From Candidatus Nanopelagicales bacterium (GTDB taxonomy: Bacteria > Actinomycetota > Actinomycetes > S36-B12), in assembly GCA_044345075.1 (NCBI GenBank), contig JBIJBU010000003.1:1-43503 (forward strand): a DNA stretch of 43,503 nt, written 5' to 3'. This document shows positions 1-7,026 of this stretch, in pieces. The position numbers and the translations under genes were made by a program. Under the pieces are notes generated by a model. The model was not told the DNA's origin. It made no database searches and saw nothing but the letters and a program-made list of their open reading frames with translations. How positions within the stretch are numbered: the first letter of the stretch is position 1; each line of letters begins with the position of its first letter.

Positions 1-1274
1 ATCCAGCCACGCAGCTTGTTGCGCAACTCGCGCTCGAAGGTACGACCCGCAATGAGTGACTTGTCGTGAATATCGGGTGCCTGTTGCGGCAAGAACTCGG
101 CGTACTTCGTCGTCTGGGCCGCGCGATGGAGTGCCTGGCGACGCGTGCGGATCTCGCGCATCTGCTCCTTCAGGCCGAAGATGCCATTGCGTGTGTAAAG
201 CACCGAGAGCAAAGCCAGTGCGCCGGCCAGCACGATGCGCCAGGGTCCCCAGTCGGTGAACCACTGGGTAATGCCGACGACGATCACGGTGCCGATAACC
301 GCACCCTCGGCCCGTCCGAGACCGCCGATGACAATCATCGCGAGCATCAGCAGCAGAAGATCAAGGCTGAAGATCTGCAGCGAGGTGCCGCCAATGTAGG
401 TCGAGTAGAAGGCGCCGAGGGCGCCGAGCACGCCCGAGGCGACCATGAACACGATCATGCGTGCGCGCTGCCAGTCGATGCCGATGGCCGACGCGAAGGA
501 TTCGTCTTCCTTGGACGTCGATGCGGTCTTCAGCAGCAGGCCGATGCGGCCGCCGTTGATCCACCGGAATACCGCGAGAGCGAAGAGCAGGGCGAGGAAG
601 GTGGTGAAGAAGGCGAGGGTTTGGCCCAGACGCGTGGTCAGCATGTCCGACGGCACGATGCGCCCAGCACCGAAGAGCGCGCCGTTGAACTTTCCGCCGA
701 GTGCTTCGTTCTGCGTCACGAAGTTCCGGCAGAACTCAGAGAGGCCGAGGGTGAGCAGTGCGTAGTAGAGACCGTCGAGTCGTCGAGCGGGCAGGCTGAT
801 GAGGAAGCCCATCGTGATGCCGAGCACAAGGCCGACGAGCAGCATCAGTGGCCAGGGAAGGCCGAAGGTGATCGAGAGATAGGCAGCGCCGTACGAGCCG
901 ACGCCCACCGTGGCCAAGGTTGCGAACGACTGCAGGCCGGCGGTTCCCATGATCAGGGTCCACATCACGTTGATCGCTGCGTAGATGCAGATGATGCCGA
1001 AGAGGGAGAGGAAGCGCTCGGAGCCCACTGCCGTCGGAATGGCGACGAGCAGGAAGAGGCCGAAGACCCAGAACAGTGGCTTCTTGTCAGTGAGAACTAC
1101 TTCGCGCTTGAGGGTCTTCGGGTTGAACTGACCGGAGAGCTTGAGAACTGAGCGCTTCGAGCCGAAGTAGCGCCTACGGTGCAGCACGCGATCAGGGCGA
1201 GCCGGCCAGGCGGGCCGCCACGAACGGCGACCAACCAGGTTCTTGTTCTTCGGAGTGCTCGCTGACTTACTCAC
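1..1274 (-). CDS. Branched-chain amino acid-type ABC transporter permease (LivM-like) with soluble C-terminal extension; 3' end outside the window
   Basis: Not in the ORF track because it runs off the edge. Hand translation from GTG 1274 (overlapping the upstream gene's end) gives MSKSASTPKNKNLVGRRSW...IICIYAAINVMWTLIMGTAGLQSFATLATVGVGSYGAAY...VIGTVIVVGITQWFTDWGPWRIVLAGALALLSVLYTRNGIFGLKEQMREIR...ERELRNKLRGW. Multiple TM segments; last gene of a liv-like operon. Confidence 0.85.
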   Translation of the reverse strand, partial: MSKSASTPKNKNLVGRRSWRPAWPARPDRVLHRRRYFGSKRSVLKLSGQFNPKTLKREVVLTDKKPLFWVFGLFLLVAIPTAVGSERFLSLFGIICIYAAINVMWTLIMGTAGLQSFATLATVGVGSYGAAYLSITFGLPWPLMLLVGLVLGITMGFLISLPARRLDGLYYALLTLGLSEFCRNFVTQNEALGGKFNGALFGAGRIVPSDMLTTRLGQTLAFFTTFLALLFALAVFRWINGGRIGLLLKTASTSKEDESFASAIGIDWQRARMIVFMVASGVLGALGAFYSTYIGGTSLQIFSLDLLLLMLAMIVIGGLGRAEGAVIGTVIVVGITQWFTDWGPWRIVLAGALALLSVLYTRNGIFGLKEQMREIRTRRQALHRAAQTTKYAEFLPQQAPDIHDKSLIAGRTFERELRNKLRGW

Positions 1275-2163
1275 GGACATCCTCCAGAAGGCCGCCGAGC
1301 CCGCGGGGGCGGAAGATCAGGATCAGCACGACGATGCCGAACAGGACGAAGGGCACCAGCGACTGCGCCAGGTAGCGCGCCGTGAGCGCCTCGGCCAAGC
1401 CGACGATTGCAGCGGCGATCACGGTGCCCGGGATCGAGCCGAGGCCACCGGCCAGCGAGATGATCAGGCCGACAGTCAGGGGCTGCACGCCCGAGGTGGG
1501 GCTGACAAAAAAGGTCTGCGCGAGCATCACCGATGCAAGACCGGTGAGTGCTCCGGAGATAGCGAGCACGCGCATGCCCGTCACTCGCACGGAAACACCG
1601 ACAACTGCAGCGCCCAGCGGGTTCATCATCATTGCGCGCATCTGAAGACCGGCGCGGCTGCTGCGCATCCACATGATCACGGCAGTGAGCATCAGCGTTG
1701 CCACGATGATCGCACCGAGTTGACCGTAGGAGACACCTCCGGATCCAATCTCAATACGCCCGGTACCGAAGATCGGTGGCAGCGGCTTGCTCTGCGGCCC
1801 GAAGAAGATCAGCCACAACTGGGTGCCGATAAGGCTGATGGCAAGGGTCGCAATAAGACCACGCGTGCGGAAGTTCGCGCGATCCTGCAGTGGCAGGAAG
1901 GCGATGGAACCAACAAACAGACCAGCAATCGCCGAACCAGCCATGCCTGAGACAAGCAGACCGATCGACATCACGGGGCCCTCGCTTATGCCGAGGTTCG
2001 TGAGCGTCTGCGCGTACAAGTACGCGGCGTAACCACCCGCCGTGAAGATGAATCCCTGGGCAAGGTTCAACATGCCGATACTCGCCCAGGTGAACGAGAT
2101 ACCGATGGCAACAAGGCCATACATCGAGGCCAGCACAGCAGCGCTGATGATGAGTTCGATCAT
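1267..2163 (-). CDS. Branched-chain amino acid-type ABC transporter permease (LivH-like)
   Basis: YGLVAIGISFTWASIGMLNLAQG, GLQMRAM, GGLGSIPG and C-terminal RPRGLGG motifs; hydrophobic; coupled to neighbours. Confidence 0.9.
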   Translation of the reverse strand: MIELIISAAVLASMYGLVAIGISFTWASIGMLNLAQGFIFTAGGYAAYLYAQTLTNLGISEGPVMSIGLLVSGMAGSAIAGLFVGSIAFLPLQDRANFRTRGLIATLAISLIGTQLWLIFFGPQSKPLPPIFGTGRIEIGSGGVSYGQLGAIIVATLMLTAVIMWMRSSRAGLQMRAMMMNPLGAAVVGVSVRVTGMRVLAISGALTGLASVMLAQTFFVSPTSGVQPLTVGLIISLAGGLGSIPGTVIAAAIVGLAEALTARYLAQSLVPFVLFGIVVLILIFRPRGLGGLLEDVRE

Positions 2164-2885
2164 CAGTGCATACCTCCCGCTGAGGGAGGAACATCACCGA
2201 GTGCCTCGCCAACATCGAGCTTGATCTCGCCTGCATGCATACCGAGCATGCGATCAACGCGACCCTCAAGTAGCGGCAGATTCTGCTCGGCGATGATCAT
2301 CGCGCCCTCGCCGATGTCGATCTCGCACAAAGCGGCGACCAGGCCCATCGAGATCTTCGGCGCGAGGCCGAGTGATGGCTCGTCAACCAGGTAGAGCTTG
2401 GAGTCCGACATCAGCGCGCGCCCGACCGAGACCATGCGACGCTCGCCGCCCGACAGCGTGCCGGCTGTCTGCTTAAGCAAGTTACCCAGAGGAGGAAAGA
2501 CGTTGATGACGCTGTCACGCCGGCGCTTGCGCGAGCGCCACGAGGCGCTCGTGTACGCGCCGCTGTCGAGGTTGTCCTTGACCGAGAGCCCCGGGAAGAT
2601 CGCGTCGCCCTGCGGTGCGAGAGCGATACCGCTGCGCACGATGCCCGGTGTCTTGCGACCGACACCGTGGGTGCGACGTCCGCCGATCTCCTTGCCCTCG
2701 AAGATGATCGAGCCATCCTGCCAACCGGTGAGACCCACGATCGTGCTGAGCAAGGTGGTCTTGCCGTGACCGTTCAGGCCGACCAGGCCCAGACGCTCAC
2801 CGGGCTCAACAGTGAGATCGAGATCGTGAAGTACCCGCATCGGGCCGTAGCCGGCAGAGATGCCGGTGAGCTTCAAAATCGACAT
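2163..2885 (-). CDS. ABC transporter ATP-binding protein (LivF-like)
   Basis: Walker A GLNGHGKTT, signature LSGGE, Walker B LVDEPSLGLAP, AEQN. Confidence 0.92.
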   Translation of the reverse strand: MSILKLTGISAGYGPMRVLHDLDLTVEPGERLGLVGLNGHGKTTLLSTIVGLTGWQDGSIIFEGKEIGGRRTHGVGRKTPGIVRSGIALAPQGDAIFPGLSVKDNLDSGAYTSASWRSRKRRRDSVINVFPPLGNLLKQTAGTLSGGERRMVSVGRALMSDSKLYLVDEPSLGLAPKISMGLVAALCEIDIGEGAMIIAEQNLPLLEGRVDRMLGMHAGEIKLDVGEALGDVPPSAGGMH

Positions 2886-3631
2886 CAGCTGATCACCAGG
2901 TTCCCCTCGAGATCAGCATTGATCGGAACGTCGAAGTAGGCGGCACGTACTTCCGGTGACGTGAAGACCGTCTCGGGCGGGCCCTCGGCGATGATGTGAC
3001 CGACATCGAGAACGAGAACCTTGGACGCAACCATGGCGAGAAGCTCGAGGCGATGTTCGATCAGCAGCACGGCCACGCCGTATTCCTGCGAGAGCTTGCG
3101 CACGACAAGATCGATCTCGTCGATCTCAGAGCCCGTCAGGCCCGAGGCAGGTTCGTCGAGCAGGACTATCTGAGGGTCACGAAGTAGTAGGCAGGCAAGC
3201 ATGAGCTTGCGCCGCTCGAGGGTCTCGAGAAGTGCGGTGGGTGCATCAAGCGAGGTGCGCATGCGCACGAACTCCGCTGCCCATTCCACGGTTAGCCTCG
3301 CGGGGTAGGGCTTGTAGGCCTTACGTGCCGCCTTGAGAGTTTCGGCGACGGTGAGCGTGGCCGGAACGATCGGGCGCTGGTAACTGCGCACCAAACCGAG
3401 TTCGACGCGCTTGCGCATCGGAAGCTTGCGAATGGATGTGCCGTTCAAGAGTACGTCGCCACCGTGATTGAGCTGGCGGCCAGAGAGAACTTCGAAAAGG
3501 CTGGTCTTGCCGGCCCCATTGGGGCCGGCAAGACCGACAACCTCTGCCTTGCTTACATCAAGTGACACGCCTTCGAGAATTCGACGTCCGCCTAGTTCAA
3601 GCGTGATGTCGGTGCAGGAAAGAAGTGTCAT
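2885..3631 (-). CDS. ABC transporter ATP-binding protein (LivG-like)
   Basis: ATG 3631 (MTLLSCTDITLELGG); Walker A GPNGAGKTS, LLDEPASGL, IEH, C-terminal VRAAYF; the signature region is degenerate (LETLE). Confidence 0.9.
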   Translation of the reverse strand: MTLLSCTDITLELGGRRILEGVSLDVSKAEVVGLAGPNGAGKTSLFEVLSGRQLNHGGDVLLNGTSIRKLPMRKRVELGLVRSYQRPIVPATLTVAETLKAARKAYKPYPARLTVEWAAEFVRMRTSLDAPTALLETLERRKLMLACLLLRDPQIVLLDEPASGLTGSEIDEIDLVVRKLSQEYGVAVLLIEHRLELLAMVASKVLVLDVGHIIAEGPPETVFTSPEVRAAYFDVPINADLEGNLVIS

Positions 3632-3647
3632 GTGTTGGTGTGTCCTA

Positions 3648-4967
3648 CTACATCCAAGGCTGGGCGACGAAGTCTGCTTCGTTGTCGCCTGCCGGTGCGA
3701 TGGTGGTGTGCTTGCCACCTTGCACCTGGTAGAAGTAGTGAGTCACGCCTGCTGCGGGATCGCTGACCTGGTCGGGGTAGACCGGAGTCACACCGTTGGT
3801 GAAGTCCAGGAAGCCGGTGACACCGTTGGTCGGATTCGCGGCGATGAACTCGTTCACAGCCTTGAAGTCGGCCGGATCAACGTTCTTCCATGCGTTGGCA
3901 AGAACGTTCACCATGTCGTAGCACCATGCCGGGTACACCATGCCCATCGTGACGTCATCGACGCCGTATGCAGCCTGGTAGGCGGAGCGGAAGGCCTTGT
4001 CCTCTTCCGAGATGTTGCCCGTGCCGATAACGGTGCCCCACACGTAGCCCTCAGCTGCCGGGCCTGCAATCTGCAGGTACTCGGGCTGCGACGGGCCGTA
4101 CTGCAGGTACACCAGGGCGCCCTTGACGGGATCAGCGGCGAACTGCTGTGAGAACGAGGCCAGCTCTGCACCGATCCAGTGATCGACCATGATCACGCCG
4201 GGATCGGATGCCTTGAGCTTGGAGATGACCGGTGCCCAGTCCTTGGTACCTGCGGTGATGTCGATGACCTCACCGAGGGTCCACTTGCCGCCGGATGCCT
4301 CGATCGCTGCGATAGTGGCATCAGCAATGTTCTTGTTGTACGCCGTATCGCCACGAATGATGTCGACCTTGTTGTTCTTCGGGGTCCACTTGCCCGCGTC
4401 TGCGATCTCGGTCAAGAACAGCGGAAGACCGGTGCCGTAGTAGGTCTCGGCCGGATCGGAGAAGTAGTTGCCGTACTTCACCGGATCGCTCGCGCGCATC
4501 TTCTGCGCATCAATGTTGGTGTCGCCGCTCATGTACGGAGCGCCGTAGGCAGCAGCTGCGTCAAGTGCGGGCGGCGGAATGATGACGAAGGGGCTGAGCA
4601 GAGCGCTTACGCTGTCACCGGTCAGCTTCTGGAAGCCGGCGGTGATGCCCTCGGGCGACAGGATGTCAATGTCGGTGACATTGAGTGCCAGCGGACGGCC
4701 ATTGACGCCGCCTGCTGCGTTGACCTGCTCGACGGCAAGTTCCGCGCCATTGAGGCAGTCCTTGTGATCGGCAATGCCGGCCGGGCCGGACTGGGCGATC
4801 GCAGCGCCGATGACAATCGGCTCGCCGCTGGCGGCTGCAGCGGAAGCTGCGGCAGAGCCTTCGGGTGCTGCGGATGATTCGGACGAACTAGAGCTGCCAC
4901 CACACGCCGCAAGAAGCATTGCGGTCGTGGCGATGACACCTGCTGATGCAATCAGACGACGGTTCAC
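3648..4967 (-). CDS. ABC transporter substrate-binding lipoprotein (Leu/Ile/Val-binding family)
   Basis: GTG 4967 preceded by GGAGG; signal peptide with lipobox LAAC; Ser/Ala linker; GAELAVEQVNAAGGVNGRPL motif. Confidence 0.9.
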   Translation of the reverse strand: MNRRLIASAGVIATTAMLLAACGGSSSSSESSAAPEGSAAASAAAASGEPIVIGAAIAQSGPAGIADHKDCLNGAELAVEQVNAAGGVNGRPLALNVTDIDILSPEGITAGFQKLTGDSVSALLSPFVIIPPPALDAAAAYGAPYMSGDTNIDAQKMRASDPVKYGNYFSDPAETYYGTGLPLFLTEIADAGKWTPKNNKVDIIRGDTAYNKNIADATIAAIEASGGKWTLGEVIDITAGTKDWAPVISKLKASDPGVIMVDHWIGAELASFSQQFAADPVKGALVYLQYGPSQPEYLQIAGPAAEGYVWGTVIGTGNISEEDKAFRSAYQAAYGVDDVTMGMVYPAWCYDMVNVLANAWKNVDPADFKAVNEFIAANPTNGVTGFLDFTNGVTPVYPDQVSDPAAGVTHYFYQVQGGKHTTIAPAGDNEADFVAQPWM

Positions 4968-5044
4968 TGAGCCTCCACAAAAGGGACAAATGCGCACGAT
5001 GGCGCAGGGTGAGCCAAGGGTCGTCCTCATCGCAGCCGCTGACC

Positions 5045-5062
5045 ATACGTAGAAATACGCAT
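5045..5062. promoter_or_regulatory. Candidate operator of the divergent LuxR-type regulator
   Basis: ATACGTA-GAAA-TACGCAT, a degenerate inverted repeat (ATRCGTA-N4-TACGYAT) in the AT-rich divergent intergenic region. Confidence 0.4.
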
Positions 5063-5154
5063 ATTCCGGGATTTTTGATTTCTGTTCGGTTACGAATGAT
5101 TGATTCGACGTGAAATCCCTGCGGCTGTGTCTGCACCGCTGCCACGATGCGCTC

Positions 5155-6159
5155 GTGACCACCGTGACCGTCGCTGATGCCATGAGCACCGTCGCGAATG
5201 TCGGCGCCATCACCTCGGACTCAGGCAGTGTCAACGATCGGGCGACCGCCATCCTCGAAGAACTGCGCAAGCTCGTGCCGTTCGACGCAGCTGAAATCGT
5301 CTCCATCAACCCGATCACAGAAGAATCGGTGCAAATCGCCTCACAGGGGTACACCCAGCAGGTACTCGACGACCTTCATAGCCCGCAGTTCCACGACATC
5401 ATGCAAGCGCTCAACCTCCCAAATACCGGCAAGCCGGTCCGCATGCGGGACCTGCCTGGCGACCCGATGGACAACTGGGCCGTTGCCGACGTGCTCCTTC
5501 CGGCGGGCTATGCCGAGGGCATGACCATGTGCCTGCGCACCCCCGACGGTCGCTTCACCGGGGTCATCAACCTCTCAACCCTGAGCACTGAGCACCCCAG
5601 TGACATCGCTCGCGACGCGATCGCGCACCTGTGCGCCACCCTCGGCAATCTCGTCGACCCCATGCAGTCCGGCAAGTGGATCTCGATGCTGCTCGGCGCC
5701 GGCAGCATGGCCATCGGCCTCAATTCCACCGGCGAGACGGTGAGCATCCCCGGTCTCGCCGGTCATAAACTTCTACAAAGCGGTACTGATCTCGTGCAGG
5801 TGGCACAGAAGTCTGCCGTGCATAACTCGTGGGGTTCTTTCGTATGGCCCGACGAGGAGGACTGGTTCCGGGTACGCGTCGTGCCCTGCAAGGGTGAGCA
5901 GGCGATCAGCACTGTGGTCAGCCTCGACGCCATCGACATTGGTCCACTGACCCGTCGCGAACTCGAGGTACTCACGCTTGCGGCAGAAGGCCTCTCCAAT
6001 GGCGAGATCAGCGATGCCCTGGTGATCAGCGCTCGCACCGTGACCACGCATGTCGAGCACATCCTCGACAAGCTTGACGCACCTAACCGCGCTGCGGCTG
6101 CCTCGTATGCACTGCGCGAGGGGTACATCCTCGGCAAGGTCGACCGTCACGACCGCTAA
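5155..6159 (+). CDS. LuxR-family transcriptional regulator with N-terminal GAF-like sensor region
   Basis: C-terminal HTH LTRRELEVLTLAAEGLSNGEISDALVISARTVTTHVEHILDKL; no receiver domain evident. Start is GTG 5155 (leaderless, CACGAT-N6) or ATG 5182. Confidence 0.88.
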   Translation: MTTVTVADAMSTVANVGAITSDSGSVNDRATAILEELRKLVPFDAAEIVSINPITEESVQIASQGYTQQVLDDLHSPQFHDIMQALNLPNTGKPVRMRDLPGDPMDNWAVADVLLPAGYAEGMTMCLRTPDGRFTGVINLSTLSTEHPSDIARDAIAHLCATLGNLVDPMQSGKWISMLLGAGSMAIGLNSTGETVSIPGLAGHKLLQSGTDLVQVAQKSAVHNSWGSFVWPDEEDWFRVRVVPCKGEQAISTVVSLDAIDIGPLTRRELEVLTLAAEGLSNGEISDALVISARTVTTHVEHILDKLDAPNRAAAASYALREGYILGKVDRHDR

Positions 6160-6179
6160 CGCAAGGCCCTCGAAAAGCA

Positions 6180-6205
6180 GAAAGACCGCCCTCGGGCGGT
6201 CTTTC
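6180..6205. terminator. Intrinsic terminator, probably bidirectional, between the LuxR gene and tRNA-Ala
   Basis: Perfect 11-bp stem GAAAGACCGCC-CTCG-GGCGGTCTTTC with T-rich flanks on both strands. Confidence 0.8.
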
Positions 6206-6210
6206 CTTTG

Positions 6211-6283
6211 TGGAGCTTAGGAGACTCGAACTCCTGACATCTGCCTTGCAAAGGCAGCGCTCTACCAACTGAGCTAAAGCCCC
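6211..6283 (-). tRNA. tRNA-Ala(TGC)
   Basis: GGGGCTTTAGCTCAGTTGGTAGAGCGCTGCCTTTGCAAGGCAGATGTCAGGAGTTCGAGTCTCCTAAGCTCCA; G3:U70 pair; CCA not encoded. Confidence 0.97.
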
Positions 6284-6298
6284 GGGTGTGGAGACTGA

Positions 6299-6424
6299 CT
6301 AACGCAGATCAGGCTCGATGGTCGCTTCCGACCACAGATCCTGCTCTGCCTTATTGGCCGTGATTTGGCGGTATACGACATAGCCGATGCCAGCCAACAG
6401 GACGATAAGCAGCAGTTTCTTCAC
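6299..6424 (-). CDS. DLW-39 family small membrane protein (41 aa)
   Basis: MKKLLLIVLLAGIGYVVYRQITANKAEQDLWSEATIEPDLR; N-terminal TM helix plus DLW motif; position between tRNA-Ile and tRNA-Ala is typical for this family. Confidence 0.85.
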   Translation of the reverse strand: MKKLLLIVLLAGIGYVVYRQITANKAEQDLWSEATIEPDLR

Positions 6425-6425
6425 G

Positions 6426-6500
6426 TGGGCCCAGGAGGACTTGAACCTCCGACCTCTTCCTTATCAGGGAAGCGCTCTAACCAGGCTGAGCTATGGGCCC
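6426..6500 (-). tRNA. tRNA-Ile(GAT)
   Basis: GGGCCCATAGCTCAGCCTGGTTAGAGCGCTTCCCTGATAAGGAAGAGGTCGGAGGTTCAAGTCCTCCTGGGCCCA; CCA not encoded. Confidence 0.97.
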
Positions 6501-6613
6501 GAACGGGGTCAAACAATACCCAGTGCCCCATGGGGCCGTCCAACTGACCTGACTTCGGCGTCTCCACGCATACGACCTGCCCTAGTTCGGAGCCCCCTCG
6601 GGCGCCCAATCCC

Positions 6614-7000
6614 CTAGAAGTCGTCGCTCAGGACGACTTCAATGCCGCCGGTCAGCCCCACCGAGAGGTTGTACATCACGGCAAACAAGCCGGCGAAGAT
6701 CGAGATGAGGACGATTTCTACGGAAGCGATGACCACCGCGGCGCCGATCACCGTCGGGAAACTCAGCAGGCCGACGAGGTCGAAGGTGTTCGCTGAGTTG
6801 CCGATCACGTCATTGACGTTGCGGGTCAAAGTGTCAAAGACGCCGATGGAGTTGAGCAGTAACCACAGCACCGTGACCGCCACGACCAACACGATGCCAA
6901 TGGCCAAGGCGAGCAAGAATGCGGCCTTGGTGATCGACCAGGCGTTGACGTGGGTGACATACAGCCGTGCTCGCCGAGGAGTGCGGGCTGTGTCACTCAC
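6614..7000 (-). CDS. DUF3566-family membrane protein (Rv0007-like)
   Basis: RRARLYVTHVNAWSITKAAF and YNLSVGLTGGIEVVL motifs; two TM segments; lies downstream of gyrA. Confidence 0.85.
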   Translation of the reverse strand: MSDTARTPRRARLYVTHVNAWSITKAAFLLALAIGIVLVVAVTVLWLLLNSIGVFDTLTRNVNDVIGNSANTFDLVGLLSFPTVIGAAVVIASVEIVLISIFAGLFAVMYNLSVGLTGGIEVVLSDDF

Positions 7001-7026
7001 GTCTTACTCCTACCTTCGTTGATCGA

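Noticed and set aside
66-1151. 361-aa plus-strand ORF
   Set aside because: It is the codon-aligned antisense shadow of the LivM-like permease and has no recognisable motifs.
5102-5117. parS-like half sites (ACGTGAAA near 5108; TTCACGTG near 6420 and 22617)
   Set aside because: Only one half of the palindrome matches, which is not enough to call parS.
4968-5354. Long N-terminal extensions in the ORF track (SBP, dnaA, pseudokinase, NUDIX, ino1, padR)
   Set aside because: They overlap real neighbouring genes or promoters; downstream starts with an RBS or leaderless signature fit the protein families better.
6160-6283. tRNA-Ala as the attachment site of an integrated island carrying the ABC cluster
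   Set aside because: No integrase, no duplicated tRNA 3' fragment and no obvious compositional break are visible; it cannot be excluded beyond the left edge.
6525-6537. GCCCCATGGGGC palindrome upstream of tRNA-Ile
   Set aside because: A short GC-rich palindrome in the probable promoter spacer, plausible by chance at this GC content.
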